NCBI RefSeq assembly: GCF_023055435.1
Contig: NW_025964223.1
Coordinates: 18,042,001 to 18,106,000, forward strand
Reading direction: 5' to 3'
Length of the DNA stretch: 64,000 nt
Source: Haliotis rufescens
Lineage: Eukaryota
In this document: positions 51,231-63,293 of the stretch, in pieces
Numbering within the stretch: the stretch's first letter is position 1
Layout of the letters: each line of letters begins with the position of its first letter
Position numbers and translations under genes: made by a program
The notes under the pieces: model-generated
What the model saw: only the letters and a program-made list of their open reading frames with translations
Database searches by the model: none
What the model was told of the DNA's origin: nothing

Positions 51231-52928
51231 ATGAACAGATCCACTGGCAGACATCAGAGTTATGAATGCGAAGATGTTGGAGGGATTCTCAGCGATTTTA
51301 TGAACGCAAAACTGCAGGAACCGTACGCCCACTGCAACGTGGAATGCATCGGATTGACGCTGAGACAGAAGATGCTGCTGTTATACCAACCACCAACATC
51401 CAAACCGCAACATCGTCGTCTGTGGAATACAGAGGACAGACTCGACACACTGATGGCAGCTACAGACAATATTGCTGACATTCCTGCTGCTGGACTCGCT
51501 ACCATTGCTCAAGCAGGCTTCTTCCACTCAGGTAGAGTTTAAAACCTGTGCATACAACATTGTTGAGATATATTAGTACATACTTTTGTTATGTAAATGT
51601 CATCCTCTATGAAGACAGCCGCCGTGATATTGCTGGAATATTGCTAAAAGCGGCATAAAACCATACTCACTTTTAAGATAACATTATATCCCAAATAATT
51701 CTATCATAATAGATACCATGGACTTATGCTTCACCACAGCTTCGGTTAGAGTCCGATTCAAATGTCACATGCTTAATAACCGTCCAATCCAATTACACTC
51801 ATGTTATGTCGGATCTTAATGATCTGAGAAATGAAGATGTTACGTCAACTCATATACAACTGGCACATGTTCCGATTTAAGGATGCGCAAATAGAATATT
51901 GGGAGATATTCCTATTCAGGTTTTCTATCCGCAGGGACTGATAACACCTTGACGTGTTTCTCCTGTGGCTGCCACGCCCACGGTTGGAGTGTTGACGATG
52001 ATCCCTGGAGGCGACATGCGGAGCTGCAGATGACGTGCCCGGTGTTGTGCAGGAACGTCTACACACAAATCAAGGAAGGGGTAAATGACTATGAGTGAGT
52101 GAGTGAGTATGCTTTTACGCCGCCTTTAGCAATATTCCAGCAATATCACGGCGAGGGACACCTGAAATGACTATGAAATATGCCGTCTCCATATCGTACC
52201 GAATCTACATTAGACCATTATGAACACGTTTCAAACCTCTAAGCTGAACACCGTCGTTGGTTTACCTCCTATGTATATATTATGCTTTAGCTGATGACCG
52301 TGTATCCCTTATTGAAAGATTCGTACTGAACAACTACAGCATGTTGGATAGAAAAAGCCGTCGAACAATTTCTAAAATGTGTTTTGTATAAATAAGTGAC
52401 ACAGACCCGATTTAGCGTTTCTCACCATCATACTGACAAATGCAGTATTAACATTAGACTAGCATTCAGTCTTAAAATCGTATATTACACAATATCCTTC
52501 TTGACTCTAAAAATATAAAAATAAAAATTTCCCTATGCTGATTTCATAGAGAGCTAGCTATATCTGGCTAGACTTGCTTTTGTATGCGTTTCTAGATTAT
52601 TATTTTTTCATAAAATAAATATATTCAACAATCATGGTGCAGGGCTATATTTACATCAACACAAACCTTCTGTTCATTGTGTGTTTGGCGAAGTTAGTAT
52701 CTGCGCTCAAAACCTTAAGTTAGAAAGGGTTTTTTTAATCAGTGTGGTTAAACATTAAATGGCATGTAAGAAGAGGGGATACTTCTGCAAACGTTTATCA
52801 GCCTGTGCCAATATTCCTCATCAGGTGACCTCATGTTGCAGAGCATCGCCTACAGGCCCAGGACACGCCATTTCTCGGATAGTGGCGCAAGTCCACCACC
52901 TGCCAGCTATACCAGAACTCTTCACTAG
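51231..52928 (+). CDS. BIR-only protein, paralogue of the 43630-47055 gene; exons 51231-51531, 51935-52080, terminal exon uncertain (52842-52928, 52825-53088 or 53159-53221)
   Basis: EDRLDTL..IAQAGFFHS/G joins TDNTLTCFSCGCHAHGWSVDDDPWRRHAELQMTCP. Exon sizes 301/146 nt mirror 304/146 nt in the minus-strand paralogue. Confidence 0.8.
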
Positions 52929-54165
52929 TCAACATCTGGAATATCATAACCAACAATTGCATATAACCTTCTTTATTCTGGTTATGTTTCTTCAAAACTT
53001 GATCAAGATCACATTTCTCACAAAATTATATACACAACAATCCTATTCAGTACAAAACACCTGTACTTTCTTATGTCATCAATGCTGATGAAAATGTTTG
53101 AATTATTGTGATCGTTTATATATTGATTTCTGTCAAAATACTAACTCCTATTTCTCAGGCGTTCATTTATGAGGATTGTTCATGTCAATGTACATGTTGT
53201 ATGTGTAGGGGATATCAGTGATATGTGTGGAGACAGAGGTCTGCAAAGAGTCATCTGAATACTGAATGAAATCTAATACAAGTGAGCAAACTAATGTATA
53301 TGTACATGACCTGTATTCAAACTCGAATGCATATTGCCACTGGTTCCACACATATTTGTGTGATGACTTAATTTATGAACACGATACACCCCCACATATT
53401 TCGTGTACAATGCTTTAGGGAATGACGACCAACATAGGTAGTCCAGAAGCTGGTATCTAACATGACCATTTTAAGGTGAATACACATTTCAGTAGTCTTG
53501 AGAGAGAGAAATTTTCATGCTGTCGCGTCAAACCACATTCATTCATTTATTGCAATTCTACAAAAATACTTTTGAGATACAGAATGGATGCAAGAACATA
53601 TGAATATTTGGATTTTTAATGCACAAACAGTATATATAGTGAAATGCATCTATTCCTAAAAAATAGACTGAACGGTAGGGACATGTTTTTTACCAGGTTT
53701 TGATGAGATGTTACCCGGTTGGTCCGATCCTTGAGATGAACGAAGATCATTCTAGGTGACATTTTAATGCCTGAATGGAAAACACATTTCTATCATTATT
53801 TGTGATGCAAAACAACGAAACCCGACATTTTAAGAATAACTCACTGACTGTGACAGTTTATATAATTTCATATATATTTTTTATTCATTAATAAAACTGA
53901 ACAAATTTTAAACTTTGAAGTGAAATTGGTTCCTTGTTAATAAAATATTGTACTTATAGCAAAATATGTTGACAAATACGAAACTCACTTTACAGAAATT
54001 GAAGAAATAAAACAAATTTGTAATTGAATAAGTGGATTTACGGGTTACAATTGACAAATGAATCACTATGAATCTAATTAAATTTCTAAAACAATTTCGG
54101 AATAAATGATATATTGCAGCTTGTGTCCTCGTTTCCTTCTATGACAATTGTTACCGAAACATCCG

Positions 54166-54270
54166 TGACGTCAGATTCTATATTTAGTACATACGTGTTC
54201 ACGGAAAATAGATAGATTCCATGTTGGTGAGAGACGTGACGTGGATCCATGTACACCTGCGTATAACATA
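54166..54270 (+). promoter_or_regulatory. Candidate promoter of RING-only gene 1
   Basis: Full CRE TGACGTCA at 54166, gacgtgacgt at ~54233, TATA-like TATAACATA at 54262. Confidence 0.45.
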
Positions 54271-54319
54271 GTGGTAGTGTGTGGGAGCATCACATCCACC
54301 AAACACTCACGTCGTCAAG

Positions 54320-56801
54320 ATGCTGTCCGCACTGTTGCTGGTTGTTCTCGGGCTGTACACAGGTGAGGATCTTGTATAACAGTTACATACATACTGTTGC
54401 ATAACGTCTTGTCACATTCACTGTCTCCGTGGTCTTGTGGTAGTGCGTCCGCCCGTAGAGCGGAAGGTCCGGGGTTCGATCCCCGGCCGCGTATAGAGTG
54501 TGAGTGAGTTGGGTTTAACGCCGCTTTAAACAGTATTCCAGTTATATCACGGCGTGTCAGCTTAATGTGGGAGGAAAGCCCGAGGTGATGCAGGTCTCAG
54601 ACGGTTACTTCTTCGGTGAAACCCACGAGCACGGGTATGGTGCTGACATATAGTTGGGGCGAACCGGAATTCGAACCCACAATCATAGGTTTCTGCCGTG
54701 CCCAAGGGACGCAACTCTGCACAGCAAATCGCGGCGCCCTAGACGACTGGGTCACCCGTGCCCCCGACTGAATATAGACACTGGCCGTAACACAGATACT
54801 CGAAGGAAAAGTATGTAAAATAATGTATCTGTATGGGTTAACCTAGTGATTAGATTAACAGTGATTTTGATTATATAGACTATATTCATTCCCACGGGAG
54901 TCAACCGTCTATATGTGTGATTACACATTATATACCGGGTGATTGTTTCTGCTTCAATGCCAATTTGGAGTTACAAAGGTATTCAACATTCTCTTTGAAA
55001 CAACTATAAAGGGGAATGTAATAACCAGACACATTAGCTTATTTACATGTTACCTCCATGAAATATCCGAAACCCGAGTTGAGAGTCGAACCACCCTATC
55101 CAAAGGACCTGAGGTTGGTCCCGTCAGCAAGGTACATGTGTGTAACACCATCTTGAGGACAAATGTGGATGGTACTGCTACGTAAAATAATATTTTTTTC
55201 GAAATCTACTTGATCGATTGATTGGATATTCTGTGTATATTTATGCATTATACATACAGTCAAACGCACACGCACACGCACACGCACACGCACACGCACA
55301 CGCACATGCACATGCACAACCACGCACACACACAAACTCTTGCACATTGCAAAAGGCTATAAGCTAGATGTAGTATTTCCTGACTGAAAACGGACAAACA
55401 CATTCGATTATACAATGTAAGATATAACAAACTGAGGTTCTCATTGAATTCAAGCACTTCTAACGTCATGCATTGCAACATGAGGTGTAATTCTTAGATC
55501 ACGCTAAGGTGAGTGAATATGGTTTTACACCGCTTTTAGCAATAGTCAAGTAATATCACAGGGGGGGACACCATAAAATCACTGAGGATCGGTGAGGTGG
55601 CCTAGTGGTTAATGAGCTCGCTCGTCGCGCCGAAACCTCGGTTTCGGCTCCCCACATAGGTACAATGTGTGAAGACCATTTCTGGTGTCCCCCGCCGTGA
55701 TATTGTTGGAATATTGCTAAAAACCACATTCACTCACTCACTCACTCACTCACTCGATCGCATGAGAATGAGTGAATAACATCATTTCAGGCTTATTAAG
55801 ACGGCGAACATTAGAAATGGGCATCACCTATTGTTCGGCTTGAGTCACCGATTTGACCACTAGGCTACCCCCTTCTACCTTGATTACGAAAGAAAATTGT
55901 AAGACAGGTGACGGTTGTTTTAAAATTTGACTTCGAAATTAAGGTTATATTTGGGTTGGGCAGTAGAAGGCTTATTCTTTCAAATTTTACATTGACAATG
56001 CACACATTTGTGCCAAAAGACATTCACCTGAGCAAATCGCGCATATTCACATTTAAACAAGGACATGTTTCTAAGTGCGTAACGTTTCGTGGACGTGGTT
56101 ACCGTGTGGTTCAAGCTTTTGCCAAGACTCCACTCATGGGTACAATGTGTAAAGCCCACATCTGATATTTTCTGTTGGCGATATTACTGTATGTACAACA
56201 CTGATCCATAGATATGGAGATTACCAAATCACTCCCCACCCCCTCCATCCACCCTTCCAACACCCCAACACCCACCATCCTACATCAAATGGGGGCGTGG
56301 GGCTGGTGAGGCAGTTGTCAAAGGCTAAAATATTTACCGTGGAGAAATGTTCGAATCCCGGTTCGCTCGGATTTCTTTTCCAGCTTTGTCATCACAACTA
56401 ATTAAGCCCGACATCACTTAGGGCTTTCCTTCCATATTGGGAGCCTTAACCATTTACTTTTATGTGAAAATAGAAGTAAAGAAAGTAAATCATATGTAAG
56501 TAATGTGTTGGCAGGCGTATCATCGGTTTACTTGTAGTATTGCCTTACTGTCGCAGGTGTAGGAGAGGATGGGTCCACACAAAAAGCAGCCGGCCACAAA
56601 CCCAAAGGGGGATCACAGAGATCACACTCCCGGAAGTGGGGAAAGTGTAGGCGGTGCAAGGTGCGCAATGTCAACACAGTGTTCCTGCCGTGCGGTCACG
56701 TGGTGTGTTGTGCTGAGTGCAGCGTCGTCTCCAGGACGTGTGACGTATGCCATGCACGAATCAGAGGCAGTCTCAGAACCAGCCCATTACATGGGGATTA
56801 A
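54320..56801 (+). CDS. Hydrophobic-leader + IAP-type RING microprotein, ~95 aa; exons 54320-54362 and 56557-56801
   Basis: Exon 1 MLSALLLVVLGLYT/G (donor ag|gtgagg, phase 1) joins in frame to VGEDGSTQK..RKWGKCRRCKVRNVNTVFLPCGHVVCCAECSVVSRTCDVCHARIRGSLRTSPLHGD*. The RING exon is solid, though missed by the ORF track in this frame; the exon 1 join is inferred. Confidence 0.65.
54497..54766 (-). mobile_element. tRNA-derived SINE abutting a truncated Meta-SINE head (54424-54493, plus)
   Basis: Same family as 50460-50690. Confidence 0.8.
55263..55335. repeat. (GCACAC)n microsatellite
   Basis: Directly visible. Confidence 0.9.
55588..55755 (+). mobile_element. Short tRNA-derived SINE
   Basis: ggtggcctagtggttaa..ggtacaatgtgtgaag..ggaatattgctaaaa..(CACT)n. 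Confidence 0.8.
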
Positions 56802-57380
56802 TATGTCATTTAAAATATGATATGTATGGTGCTACAATTGAACAGTCTAGTATTTACTCTGGTTTCCTTTCGAAATAATATACATTCATACAAATCCAAA
56901 ATGTATGCATTGAATGCAGATGTGAGATGTATTTAAACATTTTTAATGTTTAGTGTATTCATTATATTAAGTTGATATATTGATTGAGAAAATATATGTT
57001 ATGGTTACTTAACTGTAGATAATAAAATACTGTACAGATTAACTAATTCCTGTGTTTTGTTTTGTGTTGAAAGTTAATATACCGCACCATGCATAGATTC
57101 AATGCAGGTAACATAGATGCATGTATTATGGAAATGTTCCGTTTTATTTGTATTGGTCTGCATTGAATAATTACAAGAGAGGATTTTAACAAGATAAATA
57201 ACACAACAGTAGTGGAATGTCGCATTTATGTGTACAAACGAAAAACGCTATTTTTAATACCTAATTGCAAATGCCAAAAGAAACTTTACCATAGTTTTAA
57301 ATCACTCTTTAAAAAACACAAAAGATAGATGCATGAAGTAAAATTGGTTGAAAGTTCAAAATCTCAACATAAACAATTAA

Positions 57381-57549
57381 GAGTGAGTGAGTGAGAATGG
57401 TTTTACGCCGCTTTTAGCAATATTCCAGCAACATGATGGCGGGGGACACCAGAAATGGGCTTCCAACATTGTACCCATGTCGGGAATCGAACCCGGGTCT
57501 TTGGCGTGACGAGCGAACGCACTAACCACTAGGCTACCCGACCGCCCCC
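57381..57549 (-). mobile_element. Short tRNA-derived SINE, full length, with apparent target-site duplication
   Basis: Complete head and tail; flanked on both sides by aacaattaaga (57372-57382 and 57550-57560). Confidence 0.88.
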
Positions 57550-57859
57550 AACAATTAAGATGACAGCTTTAACAGCATTTGATATTGGCATGACAGTTGC
57601 CCGAATTGAGGTGGGGTAACAAACAAAACATATTTTCAACGTAGTGGACAAAGGGCACGCACGTCTAAAAATCACTCACGTTCAATGACTCGTCACATTC
57701 ATAATGTGTCTGACCACCTCCTGCTACAAGACACGCAAAACCTCTCCGGTCCAAAGAAAAAGTCAGTCGTCTGATGACGTCACTTGGGACAACTCGACAT
57801 TCTTCTTGGAGGGTGATCTATGACATCCCAGGGGTGTTCTGTGGTGGACGTGTCTGGGG

Positions 57860-58440
57860 AACGTGCAGGCCAATGCAATATGTTGCGTTGTTCCACGTGG
57901 CAGCTGTTGTAGTAATGGTAGGGCAATCGGACAAAGCATCTCATCCACGAAAAGCTGAGTTAAATGTTCGTTAACGATGACAAGCGGTGTTCTCTCCTTC
58001 TCACAAATTCGTCCCCACATCATAACACATCATCCACCATACGGTACGACCTCTTGAACGCAACACGCCGCCGTTCCTTCTCCCGTTCGGCGGTAAACAC
58101 ACTTTCTGTCACGTCGCTGCCAACGGCGAACAGTCCGGGTCCATCTCAATGTCTGAAGACGATGTTGCGCTGTCAATAACTGTCCTCTGTTAGGTTTGTA
58201 AGCCCTAATGTCTTGAGCTCGGAGTCGCCTGGCCACTGTCAGTCGACTAACCATATGCCCTAAGGCATTCGTCGCTGATGACGTCACTTTCAGGGATCGA
58301 TCCCGGAGATGCAATGTACGCAAGTACCGGTCTTCATTAGGCGTAGTTACCCTGGGTCTCCCTGTTCGCGGTCTGTCTGATGTATGCCCGGTCTGTCTGT
58401 AACGTTGCAACAGGTTAGTTACAGCTACATGGAAGCAACC
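57860..58440 (-). mobile_element. Degenerate Tc1/mariner transposase
   Basis: RPRTGRPRVTT..EDRYLR..VSRLTVARRLR HTH region followed by VYRR..GG*CVMMWG..RTPLVIV. Stop codon and deletions present. Confidence 0.88.
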
Positions 58441-58449
58441 AACAGTCAG

Positions 58450-58672
58450 ACGTACATGTGTGTTCACTATCTTCACCCGTCCACTCAGTCAGAAGTACAT
58501 GTGTGTTCACTATCTTCACTCGTCCACTCAGTCAGAAGTACATATGTGTTTATTATCTTCACCCGTCCACTCAGTCATAAGAACATATGTGTTCATTATC
58601 TTCACCCGTCCACTCAGTCATAAGAACATATGTGTTTATTATCTTCTCCCGTCCACTCAGTCATAAGAACAC
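58450..58672. repeat. Short tandem array, ~43-bp unit, ~5 copies
   Basis: acatgtgtgttcactatcttcacccgtccactcagtcagaagt repeated. Confidence 0.9.
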
Positions 58673-59887
58673 GATTTTCCTCCGGTCAATCAGTCGGAAA
58701 TACTCGTGTGTTCATTATCTGAGAAAATATAATTCGGTTTTCATTATATACCCTATACCATTTATACAAAAAACAACCAGTGTTCCATAATGCCAATTAC
58801 ACATCTGCTACTACAAACGGACATTTTGTTAAACACACTTTTATAGAAATATTATGTAACACTTGCATGATTGAGGGTAAGCGTCTTCCACATGTTGTAA
58901 TTCTTTATTTGCGTTCGTCACCACTCGACCCTTTCCGTAACCTGCAAGAAGACTCGTTCGTTCCCCTATTGATGAATGTTATGTGCGAAAATACGACAAA
59001 CCAATCAGAATGCGCGTATGATTTCAAGTTCTTCGTCAAAGAATCCCTCAGAAATAATTTCTGATTTTACATATATCTTGCATCTAAAAATATACCAAAG
59101 ACACAGTTAAATGTGTTCAATCATACTGTATAATTCCGCACGTCCCGATGTGCTTTAAATTGCATCTGAAATATACATAATATATGGGGAAAATGTGTGA
59201 ACCATTACGTAACGAGTTGACAATTATATTAGGTATGCCCGTTTGCGCCAAGACGGAATTCGGTTGCAAAATAGCCATGAGAAGGGCACGAGTCGCTATT
59301 CGGCTTGTCCCGGAATAACACGAGTTGGTCACGAATGTCCTTATTTAGTATCCATTGCGGTCTTAGGTTAAGACAAGAATTCGGAGTGAGAACGTGTGCA
59401 ATCAGGAATGGTTGAAAAACGTTGGGATTGGATCCTTTAAACCGTCTGTTATGAATAATTGTCTTGATGAGTACTTATGTATAATCACATTTGTTTTTTA
59501 AGTGTCATTTGTCTCTGGACAATGAACACAACATTACTATGTAATACATGAATCAATATGTATCAGAACAACTCTGACGAAGTTGTCTATGAAGAGAAAG
59601 AGTTAATGATCATCACTGATCATTTATGGGCGGAAACATCTGAACGCATAATGTATTATTTCATCACAACTTTCATAATATTTCTTTAGATAGATACAGA
59701 AAACAAGTTGCGGAATGTAAGGTTTTCAGAATGATCGAAGAACCGTTGAACTATTGATTATGGTCAATGATCTATAACTTTCTAATGACCTTTTTACAAA
59801 CGAATGGACTCATTCTCACACACGATGCATGAGTATCGGATGTATGTGTAACTATTAGTATCAGAGGGATTAATCACTCATTAGCAA

Positions 59888-60055
59888 GGGAAAACCACAG
59901 TGCGTAAATATACTGATGACGTTGGGCTATAAATACCGACAAGTGACTGTTGACTAACCCACTGTGAGGTTAGTCCCTCATAACAGTCACACATCTCGGG
60001 CGGCGTGCAACGTGTGGAGGTACAGTTAACGACGAGTTAACTCCCTTAGGTAAGC
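59888..60055 (+). promoter_or_regulatory. Promoter and non-coding exon 1 of RING-only gene 2
   Basis: kB-like GGGAAAACCA at 59888, TGACGT at 59917, TATAAATA at 59928. ATG-free exon ends at donor tag|gtaagc (60050); acceptor ccag ends at 60266. Confidence 0.65.
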
Positions 60056-60280
60056 ACAAGCTGCAGTACAACCTCAGTGTTATGTGAATGTACTTCCAAT
60101 AGTAGACTGATGCCTATGAAACCATGGCCATCACTCACTTTCATAGAACATTTCAAAATCTAACACTATTGTGCTGAATACGTGTAAAATGATGTTATAT
60201 AATGTGTATGGTATGCATTGTGCACACAGAGATGCATGATCATGCACTTGTGTTGTCTGACGCCAGGTGCACATCGGAGG

Positions 60281-60493
60281 ATGTCAGCTGACTCTGTCAA
60301 ATCTGGTTACGGTAAAAGACCCCGTACTTCATCTCACCGGAAGCATGGGAAGTGTCGGTCATGTCGGCAGAAAGACGTGTGTCTTGTGTTTCTACCCTGT
60401 GGTCACGTGGTGTGTTGTGATGACTGCGGCGCGTCCCTCAACACGTGTGTGGTGTGTGACCGACCCATCAGGGGCAGTATCAGAACCTATTGA
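60281..60493 (+). CDS. IAP-type RING-only microprotein, 70 aa
   Basis: MSADSVKSGYGKRPRTSSHRKHGKCRSCRQKDVCLVFLPCGHVVCCDDCGASLNTCVVCDRPIRGSIRTY*. Intact C3HC4 with IAP-like tail; AATAAA near 60714. Confidence 0.82.
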   Translation: MSADSVKSGYGKRPRTSSHRKHGKCRSCRQKDVCLVFLPCGHVVCCDDCGASLNTCVVCDRPIRGSIRTY

Positions 60494-61194
60494 TGTCACA
60501 GACCCCCATACACAGTGAAAGCTCTGTGATGCCACCAGGAACTGCAGCAGAACTTTGTATGAGTTAGTCTCTCTTTGTGTCATTAAATGAAGTCTTTGAT
60601 AGACATTTAAAAGTTGCAAGAACATGCCCACATAACATTTTATAATGGATAATATTGTACACTTTATTCTTTGTTCCGAAATGTTATGTATTTATAACAA
60701 AATTATATAATTCAATAAATATGTAAATTTCGTCATTTCACTATTATTGTTTCAGAGACATATATTTAGGTTTATAGCGAGTTTCTTGCCGCGCGTTTGC
60801 TCTTCTTTAAATACGGAGGAGCACTATCCAGTGTATCACGATTGTATGCTTCAATAATTCATACATTCAAATCAACTGGGGTTCAAGTGTTATAAGCTTT
60901 GTCAGATTTGGTACTTAATTCTAATGAAATACCAAATTATAACTCCAGCATTAAATATATTGTTTTTTTATAAGTGAAGTCTTATTAAGCCTTTTTCAAT
61001 AACACCCATGTTTTCTGTATTGTAACAGGAACCATGGCAGATAACATGTACTATCTGACATTCTTGGAATTTGATGTATGTATTTGACATATAACATTAC
61101 TTTACAACAATCGCATCTGCAGTTCTCTCCTGCATTCATGCCACCTGTGAGGCAGTATACGCTCACCTGGTATCATCACTATTTCACGGTGATT

Positions 61195-61315
61195 TGCGTG
61201 GATCGAGGCTCATGATGTCAATCACTGGATTGTCTGGTCCAGACTCGATTATTTTACAGACCGCCGTCATACAGCTGGAATATTGCGGCGTGCGTTACAC
61301 AACACACCAACCAAA
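61195..61315 (+). mobile_element. 3' fragment of Deu/Nin-domain SINE
   Basis: aatcactggattgtctggtccagactcgattattttacagaccgcc. Confidence 0.8.
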
Positions 61316-62452
61316 AAATCATAAACCCATGCTCATAATATACTCGGAGTCGTTCACTCTATCCTGCTTTCGGCATCGATATCTTACAAAATTAAATATG
61401 GAAAGGATTTTGTCGATTTTATTTACTGTTCACCAGGTAATTACGACTTTGGACATACCACCAGATATCACATGTCACTGATAAAAAGGTGAGTTTGAGT
61501 CATGATCAAATACCCCAAGCAATCCATCTGTTTGTGACAAGCACATCCATACCAGCACTATGCATGTATGTACGTCTTCTTTATCATGGAACATATTTCA
61601 GCTGTTTCATCTTTTACAGTCTTCTTTTTACAAACAAATTTCGCATCTAACAACCTTCCCTAGAATTGTGTTTCTTTCCACCTTTTTAAATCATTGCTAA
61701 AGATGACCACACCTTGTTTGGATCAAAGATGCGAATCAAATATGCGAAGAGGATAAGGAAAAATGTGTTGATAAATGTCAGGGCAATCCAAATTGATCAT
61801 ACACTGATACATAACGTATGCCGTATATTTAGCCATACCCACTGTGAGATCCACGTCATGTACGTACTTATCACTGGTGCTGATCGATGTCAGAGTCGTA
61901 TATAGAACACTCAGCCAAGATTACTAGGGAGAGTGTGTACTCTCCATATAAAGGACAGTTCACACAGGCCTCTACCGGAGTTACAGAATTATACCACGAC
62001 AACAGACAGGTAAGCTGTTCAATAAATTTATCACTATGTACATATATGTATAAGCAACTACATCGATAACCAGTGACTGCATTGACAGATTATTAATATT
62101 ATAATGAAGGTCACATTTGTCACAGCAAGAATAACCCAATCACAAAGGCATGGCGGTTAAAATACTAGCGGGGTATGTCGGTTACAAACATTGTGGTTCA
62201 AATGGTGTAACCTTTCATTGCACAAGGAAGTAAGGACGTGTATGAGTTGGAATTTGAATAGTGTGAATTTTATGCTGTGTTTGTGTACATATAGTGGAAC
62301 TGTCATTCTTTCAGTCACTGGATGGCATCGACAAACTATATTATGAAACAAACAAACTTAGAATATAGACTAAGAGTAGTGGAAGTTTTCTTCAATTTAA
62401 GCTATTCAAGTAACTTGTACTTGATTAATTGTTTGACGATTCTACTAAATGG

Positions 62453-62466
62453 TCTCTTTCTCTGTC

Positions 62467-62497
<31 letters not shown>

Positions 62498-62601
62498 CTC
62501 CCCTTTCTCTCTCTCCCCTTTCTCTCTCTCCCCTTTCTCTCTCCGTATCTCTGTCTGTCTGTCTGTCTCCCTCTCTCTCTCTCTCTCTCTCTCTATATTA
62601 T

Positions 62602-62635
<34 letters not shown>

Positions 62636-62653
62636 GAGGGGGGGGGGGGGGGG
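62453..62653. repeat. Compound microsatellite (CT)n/(AT)n/(GT)n/poly-G
   Basis: Directly visible. Confidence 0.92.
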
Positions 62654-63005
62654 TTGGTGTATCAATGGTGCAATCTATTGATTCTAAAGTTAGTAATATT
62701 GTCACATTTGTAATATGTGAAAAATACTAAAAGAATTACTAACATGTAACTTACTTCATGTTAGCATCATATGTATTTAGTTTTATTCGCAAGTCTGCAT
62801 GATAATACACTGTTGGCGCTATAAATATCATCGTTGGGTTTCCAGGTGTAATCGTTCATTTGTGGATCTAAAAATAGATTGGGGCAACCTGCATTGTTGG
62901 TCATCTCAGATGAGGTGGAGACACTTTCGCGACTGATGTCGCCGCTTGTATATGAGTGTATTTATACTTCCAGCTCACACCTGACGTTCAGAGCCGTGCC
63001 GATAC

Positions 63006-63257
63006 ATAATATAATAATAATAATATAGTTTATTACAGTGTCATGTGTTACAAAGCAATACAACATTTAGCACATACTTAAAATACAAACACCAGGCCTC
63101 AGTGGGCCGAAATGACACTTTAAGGTATTACAAATATTAAAATACAATTAGATATAAAAAGTAACCATGCACATTCTTAATATCTACATAAACACATATT
63201 CACTAACACAATCACATAATGCCTTCATGCATACACACATATATACATACGCACTCA

Positions 63258-63293
<36 letters not shown>

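Noticed and set aside
56569-56820. 83-aa ORF from ATG 56569
   Set aside because: Out of frame with the conserved RING encoded by the same DNA; no recognisable features.
62322-62730. Low-complexity ORFs
   Set aside because: Translations of CT/AT/G microsatellites.
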